A DNA stretch of 64,000 bases from Gemmatimonadota bacterium (GCA_965116475.1 OZ220691.1:896001-960000); one strand, 5' to 3'. Counted from the first letter of the stretch, positions 1-13,212 are shown. Notes: generated from the letters alone by a model not told the origin. Program-made: numbers and translations.

Positions 1-2
1 GT

Positions 3-143
3 TTCCAAGGTGCGCACAGCCAAGGCGAGACCCTTGAGGAACTCAACCGGAATCTCAAGGAAGTGATCGCCATGCTTCTCGAGGAGGGGACGCCCGCACT
101 CGTTGGCGAGTACGTCGGGACCCAGACCGTCGTCCTGGCCTAG
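3..143 (+). CDS. hicB: HicB-family antitoxin, 5' end outside window
   Basis: Manual translation of frame 3: FQGAHSQGETLEELNRNLKEVIAMLLEE...VLA*; SQGET-x-EE motif of the HicB partial RNase H fold; directly upstream of hicA. Confidence 0.85.
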   Translation, partial: FQGAHSQGETLEELNRNLKEVIAMLLEEGTPALVGEYVGTQTVVLA

Positions 144-149
144 GCTCGG

Positions 150-377
150 GTGCCGCCGGTCCCCGTCCTCAAGCCGCGCGAGGTCGTTTCAATCCTCCGT
201 CGGCTCGGTTTCAAGGAAGTGCGACAGCGGGGGTCCCATAAGCGGTTCCGCCATCCTGATGGTCGCGCAACGACCGTACCCGTCCACGGCGGCCGGGACG
301 TGTCACCCATACTGCTCCGAAGGATCGCCCGCGAAATCGGCCTGACGATTCACGAGTTCGTTGAGCAGCGGCGATAG
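150..377 (+). CDS. hicA: HicA-family mRNA interferase toxin
   Basis: [15 protein letters not shown]...[10 protein letters not shown] motif, 75 aa. Confidence 0.9.
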   Translation: MPPVPVLKPREVVSILRRLGFKEVRQRGSHKRFRHPDGRATTVPVHGGRDVSPILLRRIAREIGLTIHEFVEQRR

Positions 378-3300
378 GGAAACCATGAAGCACACCGGTA
401 GCGGCGTAACCACGATGCAGGGCTCTGGGTCAAGCTGGAAGTCGGGAAACCAGCAACACCGTCTTCCATACGCGGCCATCCTGTGCGCCGCCTTGGCGGT
501 AGTCTCGTGCGATGGCCCGGGGCCCCGCGCTCGGATCTCGGAGGAGGTGCGGGTGCTGGACACCTACCCGTTTTCGGATCCGAATCCCGTGCCGGTACTG
601 GCCACCGACCGGCGGCTGTACCCCTACCATACGTTCGAGGGATACGCGGCGACGTCGGAGCCCCGGGAGTGGAAGGTCGTGACGATGGAGAACGACCTCA
701 TCGAGGTCTTCGTCCTCCCCGAGGTGGGCGGCAAGGTGTGGGGGGCCGTGGTGAAGGCGACCGGCCACGAGTTCATCTATCGGAACGAAGTGATGAAGTT
801 CCGGGACATCGCGCTGCGCGGTCCGTGGACCTCGGGCGGTCTCGAGTTCAACTTCGGCGTCATCGGGCACACGCCGGCCACCGCCACGCCCGTCGACTAC
901 CTCCTGCGCGAGAACGCGGACGGCAGCGTGAGCACGATCGTCGGCGCCACCGACCTCCCATCGCGGACGCCGTGGCGGGTCGAAATCCGGCTTCCGCCGG
1001 ACCGGGCCGCCTTCGAGACGCGCGTCCTGTGGTACAACCCGACCCCGCTGGAGCAGCCTTACTACAACTGGATGACGGCCGCGGCCTTCGCGCAGGACGA
1101 CCTTGAACTGTTCGTGCCCGGCAACGCCTACCTGGAGCACTCCGGCCGGGCGCGCCCCTGGCCCGAGGACGAGGAGGGGCGCTTCCTCCCCCTCTACCGC
1201 AACAACGCGTTCGGGGGACACAAGTCCTACCACGTCGTCGGGGCCCTGAACGACTTCTTCGGCGGCTACTACCACGACGAGGACTACGGCTGGGGGCACT
1301 GGGCTCCGCACGAGGAGATGCCCGGGCGCAAGATGTGGCTGTGGGCGCTCTCCCGCGCCGGCGGCATCTGGGAGGATCTGCTCACCGACACGGACGGCCA
1401 GTACGTCGAGTTCCAGGCGGGGCGGCTGCATGCGCAGTACGCGCCCGGGGCGGACAGGAATCCGATCTCGCAGGCGGGGTTCGATCCGCTCTCGGCGAGC
1501 CGCTGGACGGAGTGGTGGTTCCCGCTGGAGGGAACGGGCGGCCTCACGGACGCCTCCCCGCACGGCGCCATGCACGTCGAGCGGGTGAGCGACGGCCTGC
1601 GGGTCGTGGTCCAGGCGTTCGGATCCGGGGTCGACACCGTGGCGGTATGGTCGGACGGTGAACAGATCGCCGCCCGGGCGGTGGCCTTCGAGGCCCTGGA
1701 TCCGCTGACGGTCGAGTTCGACGTCGCGCCCGGGCGTCCGTGGCGTGTCTCGCTCCCGGGGCTCCGCCTGGAAGCCTGCTCGAGACCGGGCGCAACCGGT
1801 CTCGCCGGGGTGTGCGGATTCGGCGGAGAGCCCTCGGTGTCCCGACCGTTCGGGACGAACGCCGAGGCATGGGAGGCACTACCGGAAACGGACCGCCTGG
1901 TGTTCGAGGCGAGGGAGTTGGTGCGGGGCCGGCGCCATGCCGACGCGCGGACGCGGTACGACCGCGCGCTCGCCGCCGAGCCGTGGAACCGGGAGGCGCT
2001 GCTCGGTCTCGGCGCGCTGGCGTTGAGGTCGGCTCGCTACGAGGAGGGCCTCGCCCACGCCCGGCGGGCGCTCCAGCTCGACACCTACGATCCGGAAGCC
2101 AACTTCCTCGCCGGCAACCTGTATCTCGCCCTGGGGCGCCGGGCGGATGCGCTCGACTCGTTCGGCTGGGCCGCCCGGTCAGTGGAGTTCCGGGCCGCGG
2201 CGCGCACTCGGCTGGCGGAATTGGCGCTGGAGGCGGGGGACATGGCCGAAACACGCCGCCACGCCGCTCTGGCACTCGACCACGACCGCGTGAGTATTCC
2301 GGCCCGCGAGGCGCTGGCGATCGCGGCGCGGCTCGAGGGAGACGAAGCGGGTGCGGCGCGCGTGCAGGCGGAACTGCTGGAACTGGATCCGCTGAACCAT
2401 TTCGTGCTGGCCGAGCGCTATCTCGCGGCGCGGGCCGCAGGATCCGTCAGCGCGGAGGCGGCGGACGGAGCCGAAGCAGCGCGCCTCACCGCCTCGATGC
2501 GGAGCGAGTATCCGGGACAGACGCTGCTGGAACTCGCCGTGGGGTACGCGAACCGCGGGCTGGACGCCGATGCCGCGCGCTTGCTGGAGTTGGCGGACGA
2601 GGTGGGCGGCGGCCCCGTCGCCGCGGCGTGGCTCGCCTTTCTGACGCAGGATCCGGACCTGCTGCGCGCGGGGGCCGATCCCGCCTTCGCCTTCCCCTAC
2701 CGCCCCGAAACGCTGCCGGTCCTGCGCTGGGCGGCCGCCGAAGACGCGCACTGGGGCTGGCGTTACCTGCTGGGCCTGAACCTGTGGGCGCTCGATCGCG
2801 ACGCCGAGGCGGCCGAGGTGCTGGGGACCCTGGGCGACGAACCCGACTACGGCCCCGCCTATGCGGCGCGCGCACACCTGACTGAAGCCATGGGCGGCGA
2901 CCCGAGTCCCGATTTCCTGCGCGCCGTCGCGGTGGATCCCGGGAGCCGCCTCCTCCACATCTCCCTCATCCGGCATCTGCAGGAAACGGGACGGTGGGCG
3001 CAGGCGCGCGAGGCGTCCGGCCGGGGAACGGGACTCTTCCCGGACGACTTCAACCTCGCCCTCCTCCACGTGCGAGGGCTCATCCAGGCGGGCGAGTACC
3101 GCGAAGCCAACGGGATCCTTGCCGGCACCCGCGTACTACCCTCGGAGAACTCCGGCGAGGCCCACCGGCTGTACGAGTTCGCGCACGTCGGCGCCGCGCT
3201 GGACGAACTGGAGGCCGGGAACCGCCCGGCCGCCCGCCGTCACCTGGAGGCCGCGCTGCTGTGGCCGGAATCGCTCGGCCAGGGCCGTCCCTTCGACCCT

Positions 3301-3498
3301 GACGACCGGCTGGTGCGGTTCCTGTTCGACGCGGCGGCGGAAAACCCCGATGGCGTACCCCGGGCCTTCGAGACCGTCACCATCGCCTCGCTGCGCGCCC
3401 GCATCGATTCGCTCGGCGCCGCCCCGTCCCCGATCGCGACGATCGAGCAAGACCTCCTGCGCCGGGCCCTCTCCGCCGCCGCCCGCCTGGAACGCTAG
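361..3498 (+). CDS. DUF5107-domain and TPR-repeat protein, probably exported
   Basis: LPEVGGKVW...[13 protein letters not shown]-terminal domain followed by many TPR-like helices; hydrophobic leader ending VSC; true start may be ATG 385 or 415. Confidence 0.8.
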   Translation: MSSGDRETMKHTGSGVTTMQGSGSSWKSGNQQHRLPYAAILCAALAVVSCDGPGPRARISEEVRVLDTYPFSDPNPVPVLATDRRLYPYHTFEGYAATSEPREWKVVTMENDLIEVFVLPEVGGKVWGAVVKATGHEFIYRNEVMKFRDIALRGPWTSGGLEFNFGVIGHTPATATPVDYLLRENADGSVSTIVGATDLPSRTPWRVEIRLPPDRAAFETRVLWYNPTPLEQPYYNWMTAAAFAQDDLELFVPGNAYLEHSGRARPWPEDEEGRFLPLYRNNAFGGHKSYHVVGALNDFFGGYYHDEDYGWGHWAPHEEMPGRKMWLWALSRAGGIWEDLLTDTDGQYVEFQAGRLHAQYAPGADRNPISQAGFDPLSASRWTEWWFPLEGTGGLTDASPHGAMHVERVSDGLRVVVQAFGSGVDTVAVWSDGEQIAARAVAFEALDPLTVEFDVAPGRPWRVSLPGLRLEACSRPGATGLAGVCGFGGEPSVSRPFGTNAEAWEALPETDRLVFEARELVRGRRHADARTRYDRALAAEPWNREALLGLGALALRSARYEEGLAHARRALQLDTYDPEANFLAGNLYLALGRRADALDSFGWAARSVEFRAAARTRLAELALEAGDMAETRRHAALALDHDRVSIPAREALAIAARLEGDEAGAARVQAELLELDPLNHFVLAERYLAARAAGSVSAEAADGAEAARLTASMRSEYPGQTLLELAVGYANRGLDADAARLLELADEVGGGPVAAAWLAFLTQDPDLLRAGADPAFAFPYRPETLPVLRWAAAEDAHWGWRYLLGLNLWALDRDAEAAEVLGTLGDEPDYGPAYAARAHLTEAMGGDPSPDFLRAVAVDPGSRLLHISLIRHLQETGRWAQAREASGRGTGLFPDDFNLALLHVRGLIQAGEYREANGILAGTRVLPSENSGEAHRLYEFAHVGAALDELEAGNRPAARRHLEAALLWPESLGQGRPFDPDDRLVRFLFDAAAENPDGVPRAFETVTIASLRARIDSLGAAPSPIATIEQDLLRRALSAAARLER

Positions 3499-4808
3499 CA
3501 GCCCGCAGGCGCTCCGTCGCGGCCGGCGGTCCCCTCCTCCGCCGCGAGCGCCACGCCCTCTTCCTCGTCCACCCGCAGCAGGAGCAGGAACCCCGCCGCG
3601 AGAAACACGAGGATGGAGGCGATGGCCCAGCGGTGGCTGCCCGTGGCGCCCAGGATGAGCCCGTAGGAGAGCGGCCCGGCCGCGGCGGACAGGCGGCCGG
3701 AGAAGGCGTAGAAGCCGAACAGTTCGCCCTGCTTGCTCTCGGGCACGAACGACCCGAGGAGGGCGCGGCTGCCCGCCTGGTTCGGGCCCACCATGAGCCC
3801 GAGGAGTATGGCCGCGGCCCAGAACATCGGGAGATCCCGCGCGGACCATGCCATGACGATCGCCACCATCAGCAGCACGAGGGTGATGGCGATGGTTCGC
3901 TTCCCGCCGATCCGGTCCTGGACGAAGCCGAAGCCGATCGCGCTCGCGCCGGCCGTCAGATTCACGACGATGCCGAGGATGAGGAGGTCGGCCGTCTCCA
4001 TCCCGAACTCGACCCCCGCGAAGATCGCCGCCATGGCGAAGGCGGTCGCGAGCCCGTCGTTGTAAACGAGACGCGCCACGAGGAGGCGGACGGCCTGGCG
4101 ATAGCGCCGCAGGTCCCGGGCCGTGTTCGCGATGCGCCCGAAGCCCATCCGCACGCAGGTGCCGAGCGGCGCGCGGCGGCGAGGCTGCCGCTCCCGAAGG
4201 AAGAGAAAGACCGGAATCGAGAACACGAGGAGCCAGCCGGCGGCGAGGAGGTTCGTGGACCGCACGTTCAGTCCCCCGTCCTCCGGCAGCCAGCCGCTGA
4301 CCATGCCCAGCGCCAGCACGAGGCAGAGAAGGCCGCCGAAGTACCCGAGACCCCAGCCCAGCCCGGATATCCGTCCCATGTTCTCTCGCGTCGAGATCTC
4401 GGGCAGGAACGCGTTGGCGAGCGACTGCATCGACTCGTAGGCGACGCTGGCCCCGATGAAAACGAGGGCGGCGATCCACGCATCGCCCGGCCCCATGCCG
4501 AAGAGGCCCGCGGTGAGGGCGCCGCAGACCACAGTGGCGATGAGCAGGAACCGCTTCTTGAGGCCACCGTAATCCCCCATGGCGCCCACCACCGGCATGA
4601 TGAGCGCGGTCGTGACCGCGGATACCGTGACCGCGCGCGTCCACCAGACGCCCCCCAGCACCTCGTCGGGAGCGATCGAGCGCGCGAACCAGGCGGAGAA
4701 GATGAACGTCACGACGATCGTCCCGAAGGCCGAGTGGGCGAAGTCGTACATCGCCCAGGAGACGATCTCCCGGCGCGCGACGGGCGGGGCTTGAGGGGTA
4801 GAGTTCAC
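3495..4808 (-). CDS. MFS transporter, UMF1/ATG22-like family
   Basis: SWAMYDFAHSAF N-terminal motif, GRISGLGWGLGY, about 12 hydrophobic segments. Confidence 0.85.
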   Translation of the reverse strand: MNSTPQAPPVARREIVSWAMYDFAHSAFGTIVVTFIFSAWFARSIAPDEVLGGVWWTRAVTVSAVTTALIMPVVGAMGDYGGLKKRFLLIATVVCGALTAGLFGMGPGDAWIAALVFIGASVAYESMQSLANAFLPEISTRENMGRISGLGWGLGYFGGLLCLVLALGMVSGWLPEDGGLNVRSTNLLAAGWLLVFSIPVFLFLRERQPRRRAPLGTCVRMGFGRIANTARDLRRYRQAVRLLVARLVYNDGLATAFAMAAIFAGVEFGMETADLLILGIVVNLTAGASAIGFGFVQDRIGGKRTIAITLVLLMVAIVMAWSARDLPMFWAAAILLGLMVGPNQAGSRALLGSFVPESKQGELFGFYAFSGRLSAAAGPLSYGLILGATGSHRWAIASILVFLAAGFLLLLRVDEEEGVALAAEEGTAGRDGAPAGC

Positions 4809-5043
4809 TCGCGACGGCCTTTCGAGTCCGGCGGGGCGCGTTTCGAGGGCTCAAGCGTATCACCGATACTCCGCGTGACGCGACCCGTCCGGCTGAGCGC
4901 GCCCGCCCCTACCGGCGGCCGGCACGCGACGCCGCCGGTTTGTCGCGAACGCATGGCGCGGGGTAGGTTTGCGGGAGGGTCGCCATCGAAACCGGCGTTC
5001 CCGGCGACGTTCCCATATGAAGCACACGAGACGGAAGATCCAC

Positions 5044-7044
5044 ATGTCTGAACATACTGCTGCGAACGCGGGATCCCACGTCAGCGAGGCCGAGGCGCGG
5101 AAGGTCGCCGAGGCCGCGCGCGAGACGGACTGGACGGGACGAACCTTCGTCCGGAACCTCTTCCTCGGGAAGCTCCGGCTCGACGCGATCCACCCCTATC
5201 CCGACCCGGACGACTTCATCTCCGACCGGGCCCGCGCGTGGACCGAGGAGCTGCGCATCTTCCTGCGCGACGAGGTGGATTCGGACGGCATCGACCGGGA
5301 CGGCAAGATCCCGTCCGAGGTCGTCCGGGCGCTCGCCGAGCGCGGCGCCTTCGGCATCAAGGTGCCGGAGAAGTACGGCGGGCTCGGGTTCAACCAGACG
5401 GAGTACGCGAACGCGATGCGCGTCGTGGGTTCGATCGACGGCAACGTCGTCGCCCTGCTCTCCGCGCATCAGTCGATCGGCGTGGGGCAGCCGCTCAAGA
5501 TGTTCGGCACCGAGGCGCAGAAGGAGGCCTACTTCCCCCGGCTCGCGAAGGGGGCCGTCAGCGCCTTCGCGCTCACCGAGAACGACGTGGGGTCGGATCC
5601 CGCCCGGCTCACGACGTCCGCCGAGCGCACGGAGGACGGGTCCGCCTTCATCCTGAACGGCGAGAAGCTGTGGTGCACGAACGGCACCCTGGCCGAACTC
5701 TACGTCGTCATGGCGCGCCACCCCGACACGGGCCGCATTTCCGCCTTCATCGTCGAGCGCGACTGGCCGGGCGTCGAAGTCGTGCGGCGCTGCCATTTCA
5801 TGGGACTCAAGGCGCTCGAGAACGGGATCATCCGCTTCACCGATGTCCGCGTGCCGGCCGAGAACCTCCTCTGGAAGGAAGGGAGCGGACTCAAGCTCGC
5901 GCTCATGACGCTGAACACGGGCCGCCTGACGATTCCGGCCTCGTCGGTGGGCGGGGCGCAGGCCGCGCTCGAGGCGTGCCGGCGCTGGTGCGCGGAGCGC
6001 ATCCAGTGGGGCGTGCCGGTCGGCAGGCACGAGACGATCGCGCACTACCTGACGTCGATCGCCTCCCGGACGTACGCCATGTCGGCGATCGCCGACCTCA
6101 CGCAGTCGATGGCGGACCGGGGCGGCTACGACATCCGGCTCGAGGCCGCGATGGCGAAGCTCTGGAACACGGAAACGGGCTGGCAGCTCGTCGATGACGC
6201 CCTGCAGGTGCGGGGCGGGCGCGGCTACGAGACGGCGGACTCGCTCACGGCGCGCGGCGAGGAACCCGTCGCCGTCGAGCGCTGGCTGCGCGACTTCCGG
6301 ATCAACCGGATCTTCGAGGGATCGAGCGAGATCCTGCGCCTGTTCATGGCCCGCGAGGCCGTCGACCGGCACCTCCAGATCGCGGGCGACCTCGTCGACC
6401 CCCGGCTCGGCCTCGGCGCGAAGCTCAAGGCCCTGCCGAAGGCCGCCTGGTTCTATGCGACCTGGTACCCGACGACATGGATCGGCTGGAGCCTGCCGCC
6501 ACGCTTCGCGAGCCACGGGCGGCTGGCGAAGCACCTGCGCTACGTCGAGCGGAACAGCCGCAAGCTGGCGCGCACGATCTTCCACCTCATGCTGCGCCAC
6601 GGGCCGAAGCTCGAGCGGCGCCAGGGTCTGCTCTTCCGCTGCATCGACATCGGCGCGGAGCTGTTCGCGATCGCGGCCGCCGTTACGAGGGCCGACATGC
6701 TGCGCCGCCGGGCAGGGGACGAGGCGCGCGACGAGGCCCGCGAGGCCGTCCGCCTCGCCGATTCGTTCGCGGCCGGGTCACGCCAGCGCATCGGCGAACT
6801 CTTCCGCCGCATCCGCTCGAACCACGACGTGGCGGACTACCGCATCGCCCAGGACATCATGGCCGGCAACTTCGAGTGGATGGAGCGCGACATCGTCGGC
6901 CTCCAGAAAGCCGCGCTCGAGGCTTGGCGGGGCGGTGCGGCGGACCTGCCGTCGGAGCATGGATCCGACGGGACTCCACCCGAACCCTTCGAGGAGCCCC
7001 GCTCGGATCTCCGTCCCGCGAGCGCCGGCGCCGAGGCCGTCTAG
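5044..7044 (+). CDS. Acyl-CoA dehydrogenase (ACAD9/VLCAD/FadE10-like)
   Basis: [41 protein letters not shown] motifs. Confidence 0.92.
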   Translation: MSEHTAANAGSHVSEAEARKVAEAARETDWTGRTFVRNLFLGKLRLDAIHPYPDPDDFISDRARAWTEELRIFLRDEVDSDGIDRDGKIPSEVVRALAERGAFGIKVPEKYGGLGFNQTEYANAMRVVGSIDGNVVALLSAHQSIGVGQPLKMFGTEAQKEAYFPRLAKGAVSAFALTENDVGSDPARLTTSAERTEDGSAFILNGEKLWCTNGTLAELYVVMARHPDTGRISAFIVERDWPGVEVVRRCHFMGLKALENGIIRFTDVRVPAENLLWKEGSGLKLALMTLNTGRLTIPASSVGGAQAALEACRRWCAERIQWGVPVGRHETIAHYLTSIASRTYAMSAIADLTQSMADRGGYDIRLEAAMAKLWNTETGWQLVDDALQVRGGRGYETADSLTARGEEPVAVERWLRDFRINRIFEGSSEILRLFMAREAVDRHLQIAGDLVDPRLGLGAKLKALPKAAWFYATWYPTTWIGWSLPPRFASHGRLAKHLRYVERNSRKLARTIFHLMLRHGPKLERRQGLLFRCIDIGAELFAIAAAVTRADMLRRRAGDEARDEAREAVRLADSFAAGSRQRIGELFRRIRSNHDVADYRIAQDIMAGNFEWMERDIVGLQKAALEAWRGGAADLPSEHGSDGTPPEPFEEPRSDLRPASAGAEAV

Positions 7045-7049
7045 CGTCG

Positions 7050-7079
7050 CCCGGCCGGATCCAGAGTCGATCGGCCGGG
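7050..7079. terminator. GC-rich hairpin between convergent genes
   Basis: CCCGGCCG (7050-7057) pairs with CGGCCGGG (7072-7079); no U-tract. Confidence 0.45.
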
Positions 7080-7098
7080 ACCGGTCAGCCGGTGTCGG

Positions 7099-7701
7099 TC
7101 AGCCGGACGGGTCGGTTACGCCCTCCACATCGAGGCGGGTCTCGTGGCCGCATAGCGTGCCGGCCAGGACGGCGGCCACGGACGGTTCCGTGCCGGAGGG
7201 GTCCAACCCCCCGCTCAGCGCCAAGTCGATGCTGCAGGATCCGGACCGCCCATCGGACTGCCAGTCCAGCGCTCCGGCCACCGAACCCTCCAGGGTGAAC
7301 GCCTCGAACAAACCAATGAAGCTGGTGGTGGTCCGTTCGCGAACGCCGGGGCTGCCGTCCACGGTGAACCGCATCCCGCCGTTCGACACCTCGCAGCCGC
7401 TCGGTGAGGCCGTAAAATCGGTCGTCAGCCTCACCGTGTCGGCCACCGACTCGTCCATGATCGAGCTCGTGATGGTGATCTGTCCCCCCAGGGGGCACGC
7501 GACCACGAAGCTGTTCTCGGAGCCGCCGATGATCGTGGCGGCGGTGTCGCTCTGAATCGCCCGCATCGCCTCGAACAGCGCCACGGACTCGGCCGCGGAG
7601 AGCGGCTCTCCCGTGGTGGGCGGTTCCGTCGTTCCTTCGCTGCAGCCGGACACGAGGGCGCCGGCGAGGAGCACGGCGATCACGTTTCGTCGGTCGAACA
7701 T
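7099..7701 (-). CDS. Hypothetical lipoprotein
   Basis: MFDRRNVIAVLLAGALVSGC lipobox; purine-rich RBS upstream. Confidence 0.75.
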   Translation of the reverse strand: MFDRRNVIAVLLAGALVSGCSEGTTEPPTTGEPLSAAESVALFEAMRAIQSDTAATIIGGSENSFVVACPLGGQITITSSIMDESVADTVRLTTDFTASPSGCEVSNGGMRFTVDGSPGVRERTTTSFIGLFEAFTLEGSVAGALDWQSDGRSGSCSIDLALSGGLDPSGTEPSVAAVLAGTLCGHETRLDVEGVTDPSG

Positions 7702-7822
7702 CCCTTCCTCCCTTCCTCCCTGGCCGGATTCCGGCTTGCGCGGAGCCATGTCGGTTCCCCGGCGGCCCGGCACGTCATCCCGCTTGGAATATATGCAGGC
7801 GGGCCACGCGGCGCCGAGCGGA

Positions 7823-9657
<1,835 letters not shown>

Positions 9658-9672
9658 CCGGGAAGATAGGGG

Positions 9673-10794
9673 TCACGCGTCCGTCGCGCCCGCCGCGCCC
9701 GCCGCACGCAGGGCTCCGACGATCAATTCGCCCATCCGCGCCGTCGACACCGGCGGCCGGTCCCCGTCGGCGTGGAGATCCGCCGTGCCGTATCCGTCGT
9801 CGAGCACGCGGTTCACGGCGGCCCGCACGGCGTCCGCCTCCTCTGGCAGCGCGAACGCGAGTTCGAGCATCATGGCCACGGAGAGGATCGCGCCGATGGG
9901 GTTCGCGACCCCCCGCCCCGCGATGTCCGGCGCCGCGCCGTGAACGGGCTCGAAGAGGCCGATGTCGCCCCCCACGCTCGCCGACGGCAGCATGCCCAGG
10001 CTCCCGGCGAGCACCGCCGCCTCGTCGCTCAGAATGTCGCCGAACAGGTTGCTGGTCAGGAGGACGTCGAACTGGCGCGGATTGTGGATCAACTGCATCG
10101 CGCAGTTGTCCACGAGCATGCTGGAGAACTCGATGTCCGGATAGTCGCGGGATACTTCTTCGGCGATGCGGCGCCAGAAGATCGACGACTCCAGGACGTT
10201 CGCCTTGTCTATCGACGTCACCTTCCGCCGCCGCGCACGCGCGAGTTCGAACGCCGACACGGAGATCCGCCGGATTTCCTCCTCCGTATAGATCTCGGTA
10301 TCGAATGCGACGCCGTCCCCGATTCCGCGCGGATGTCCGTAGTAGATGCCCCCGAGCAGTTCGCGGACGACGACGAGGTCCACGCCGCGGACGCACTCGG
10401 GACGCAGCGGAGATCGGTCCACGAGCGCCTCGGGCACGGAGACGGGCCGGATGTTCGCATGGTTTTCAAGCAGGCGCCGCAGATCCAGCAGCCCCCGGGA
10501 GGCGTCGACCCGCGCCCCGTCCACGGAGCGCACCGAGAGGCCGACCGCTCCCACGAGCACGGCGTCGACCTCCACGGCAAGCGCCCGCGTTTCCTCCGGC
10601 AGAGGATCTCCGAACCGCTCGAGCGCGCCATCACCGATGGTGGCCTCAACGATGTCGAACCGGTGGCCGTGGATCTCGCCGACGGCCTCCAGCACGCGTC
10701 GCGCCTCGAGGAGGACCTCGGGGCCGATGCCGTCGCCGGGCAGAAAGAGGACGCGCCCGCCCACGGAGCGTCTACTTCCGCTCGCGTCTTGCAA
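9673..10794 (-). CDS. leuB: 3-isopropylmalate dehydrogenase
   Basis: LPGDGIGPEV, VRELLGGIYYG, DKANVL, NLFGDILSDEA, FEPVHGAAPDIAG. Confidence 0.92.
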   Translation of the reverse strand: MQDASGSRRSVGGRVLFLPGDGIGPEVLLEARRVLEAVGEIHGHRFDIVEATIGDGALERFGDPLPEETRALAVEVDAVLVGAVGLSVRSVDGARVDASRGLLDLRRLLENHANIRPVSVPEALVDRSPLRPECVRGVDLVVVRELLGGIYYGHPRGIGDGVAFDTEIYTEEEIRRISVSAFELARARRRKVTSIDKANVLESSIFWRRIAEEVSRDYPDIEFSSMLVDNCAMQLIHNPRQFDVLLTSNLFGDILSDEAAVLAGSLGMLPSASVGGDIGLFEPVHGAAPDIAGRGVANPIGAILSVAMMLELAFALPEEADAVRAAVNRVLDDGYGTADLHADGDRPPVSTARMGELIVGALRAAGAAGATDA

Positions 10795-11197
10795 GGTCGC
10801 GGGGAGTCAGGACGTGAGTACCCTCGGGAGGGTTGTCGACGAGAAGGCGGTCGCCTGTAACGAGCCGGCTGCCTGCACGGCTGGCAAGCAGGGCCCAGAG
10901 GTGGTTGTCGCGGGCGTCCGGCGCCCCGCCGCCGGCCGCGGGTTCGCACCATATCGCGTTTGCGGTCAGTTCGGTGAGGAGTCCGTCAATCTCCTGCTCA
11001 TTCAAGCCGTGCAGCCTCACGAGCGCGGGGCGGCGCAACACGGTCGCGTACTCCGCGATCAGATCCTCGGACATGAGATACAGGAGACCTCCATCGAGCA
11101 TGGCGTCCAGGATCTCCGCGGTGGGACTCGTCGCATCCGACGTGATCAGCGCCGAGACGACCACGTTGGTGTCCACAACGAATACAGCCGGGGTCAC
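10772..11197 (-). CDS. PIN-domain putative TA toxin
   Basis: VVDTNVVVSALI...DARDNHL...LVTGDRLL PIN motifs; GTG start inferred. Confidence 0.85.
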   Translation of the reverse strand: MTPAVFVVDTNVVVSALITSDATSPTAEILDAMLDGGLLYLMSEDLIAEYATVLRRPALVRLHGLNEQEIDGLLTELTANAIWCEPAAGGGAPDARDNHLWALLASRAGSRLVTGDRLLVDNPPEGTHVLTPRDLARRERK

Positions 11198-11216
11198 GGC
11201 TCGAACCCGGCGCCCG

Positions 11217-11456
11217 CTACCGCCCCTCGCGGTGCAGCCCTGTCTCGCGGACCGCAACGGCCATGGCTTCGTCCGCTGCCAGTGCGGCGCGTCCACGGGC
11301 CTTGGCCACAATCTCCCTGGCCGTGTTGATCGGTCGGACGCCTCTCAACTCCAGGCTCTCCTCGATGATCGCACCCATCGAGCGACCCTGCCGAGCCGAC
11401 GCTTCCTTCAGGGCGCGATGCGTGCGGGCGCTCAGGCTGATGGTGAGTCGGGGCAT
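11217..11456 (-). CDS. Ribbon-helix-helix antitoxin-like protein
   Basis: MPRLTISLSARTHRALKEASARQGRSMGAIIEESL RHH pattern; immediately upstream of the PIN gene. Confidence 0.8.
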   Translation of the reverse strand: MPRLTISLSARTHRALKEASARQGRSMGAIIEESLELRGVRPINTAREIVAKARGRAALAADEAMAVAVRETGLHREGR

Positions 11457-11500
11457 GTCGTGCGTCCTCGCGCTGTCGGGCTCTCCAGGTGGCCGGATGT

Positions 11501-11531
11501 CACCATAGCACCAAAGCACCAGAAAGGGCAA
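11501..11531 (-). promoter_or_regulatory. Promoter of the RHH-PIN pair overlapped by three TGGTG direct repeats
   Basis: TTGCCC-N18-TATGGT with extended TG; TGGTGCTT-TGGTGCTA-TGGTG, 8-bp period. Confidence 0.55.
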
Positions 11532-11563
11532 TGAGGCCGAGCGAGTGGCGCCGGGCCGACACG

Positions 11564-12352
11564 CTAGCCGAAGCCACCGCCGAATCGCTCCACGAACGTG
11601 CGCTCGCGGTCGGTGAGGGCGGACCACCCCGCGGCCCTGAGCTTGTCAGCGATGCGCTCGTATTCGGCCCGGTTCACGGGATGAAGGGTGCTCGGCTCGA
11701 TGCGGCCCCACTTCACGTTCAACTCCCGCTCTCCCATGCGGGCGCCGGGACTCTCGGCCTTCCTGCGGAACTGCGCCGCGGCGGAGCGCGTGGCCCGCCA
11801 CCTCAGGTAGAGCCAGCCGCCGAGAAACCCGCCCAGGTGCGCGAAGTGCGCCACGCCCCCGCCGACGCCGCCCAGGCCCAGCCACAGGGAGAGCAGGGTG
11901 AAAAAGATGACGAGGAAGCGGACCTGCACCGGGATGACGAACCAGATCATCACCCGATCGCGCGGCCAGTAGCGCGCGTAGCCGAAGAGCACGCCGTACA
12001 CGGCCGCCGAAGCGCCGACCATCGGCACGTAGAGGCTGCCCTGCGACATCGTGAGGACGGTCCAGAGGATGTGGACGAGGGCTCCCACGAGCCCGGCCAG
12101 CAGGTACATCCTGAGGAAACTCTTCGACCCGAGCAGCGCTTCGAGCTTCGGCCCGAAGAAGAAGAGCGCGAGCATGTTGAAGAAGATGTGGGACACGCCG
12201 CCGTGCAGGAACTGGTAGGTGAGGAGCGTCCACGGCCGCGTCAGGACCTGGGCCGGGACGAGCCACAACTCCGACATCATGGCCGGATTCATGCGCGTGA
12301 ACACGTAGGCGACGACGTTGATCAGGAGGAGCTGGCCGACGACGCGGGTCAT
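11564..12352 (-). CDS. Rhomboid intramembrane serine protease
   Basis: HIFFNM, GASAAVYG, AHFAHLGG; ATGA overlap with the upstream stop. Confidence 0.92.
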   Translation of the reverse strand: MTRVVGQLLLINVVAYVFTRMNPAMMSELWLVPAQVLTRPWTLLTYQFLHGGVSHIFFNMLALFFFGPKLEALLGSKSFLRMYLLAGLVGALVHILWTVLTMSQGSLYVPMVGASAAVYGVLFGYARYWPRDRVMIWFVIPVQVRFLVIFFTLLSLWLGLGGVGGGVAHFAHLGGFLGGWLYLRWRATRSAAAQFRRKAESPGARMGERELNVKWGRIEPSTLHPVNRAEYERIADKLRAAGWSALTDRERTFVERFGGGFG

Positions 12353-13050
12353 GCCGTCATCATCTCCGTGAACTGTCCGGCCAGCGCGGGTCCGACGCCG
12401 GCGTCTTCGTGCTTGAAGAAGGCGTAGACCCGGTCCCACCCCGACGCGCGCAGCCGCGCGGCCCAGGCCTCCAGCTCCTCCGTGGAGTACGCGCTGCGGC
12501 GCAGCCGGAGGTAACTCCAGTCCGCCGTCTCGACGAGGGGCGCATCGTCTCCGTCGTCCGTCTCCGCGAGGCAGAGGGCGGAGTTCCGGGCGCGGAGGAT
12601 GTCGAACACCGCCTCGTCGAACCACGAGGCGTGCCGAAACTCGAAGGCCGAGGTGCCGGGGTTCGGAAGCTGGTCCACGAAACGCGCGAGCCGTTCATCG
12701 TCCCGTTTGAAGTTCGGTGGAAGCTGGTACAGGATGACGCCGGCGCGATCCGCCATCACCGACGCCGTCTGCACAAGATACTCCGTCTCCTCCTCCGCGT
12801 TCTGCAACCGCTTGAAGTGCGTGATGCGGCGCGACGCCTTGAGCGCGAAGCGGAAGCCGTCGGGCACGGCCCCGGCCCAGTTCTCGAGCACGCTCTCGCG
12901 CGGCATGCGGTAGAAGGTGTTGTTGATCTCGACGGCGCGAAGCCGGCTGCCGTAGAAGGACAACATCTCCCTGTTGGGGAGATCCTCCGGATAGAAGCTG
13001 CCTTTCCACGCGGGATAGCTGTAGCCGCTCGTGCCGATCCAGACCTGCAT
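12349..13050 (-). CDS. DUF72 (YecE-like) protein
   Basis: IGTSGYSYPAWKGSFYP, VEINNTFY, QLPPNF, EFRHASW. Confidence 0.92.
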   Translation of the reverse strand: MQVWIGTSGYSYPAWKGSFYPEDLPNREMLSFYGSRLRAVEINNTFYRMPRESVLENWAGAVPDGFRFALKASRRITHFKRLQNAEEETEYLVQTASVMADRAGVILYQLPPNFKRDDERLARFVDQLPNPGTSAFEFRHASWFDEAVFDILRARNSALCLAETDDGDDAPLVETADWSYLRLRRSAYSTEELEAWAARLRASGWDRVYAFFKHEDAGVGPALAGQFTEMMTA

Positions 13051-13126
13051 GGCCGGGATGATACGGTCCCGCGGCCGGTGGGCCAACGCACCGCGGTGGC
13101 GCCCGCGTTGTACATTGGCCGCCGGC

Positions 13127-13189
13127 GACTTCGGTTGCGAAGCGACGGATTCCGATCGTGAAGCGACGTACTTCGGCCGCGAAGCGGCC
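13127..13189. repeat. Three tandem imperfect 21-bp repeats with CTTCG-N4-CGAAG palindromes
   Basis: GACTTCGGTTGCGAAGCGACG / GATTCCGATCGTGAAGCGACG / TACTTCGGCCGCGAAGCGGCC. Confidence 0.75.
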
Positions 13190-13212
13190 TGCGAGAAACG
13201 AGGGGACGGATC

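Noticed and set aside
13127..13189. Possible mini-CRISPR
   Set aside because: Repeats are contiguous with no spacers and there are no cas genes; kept as an operator-like array
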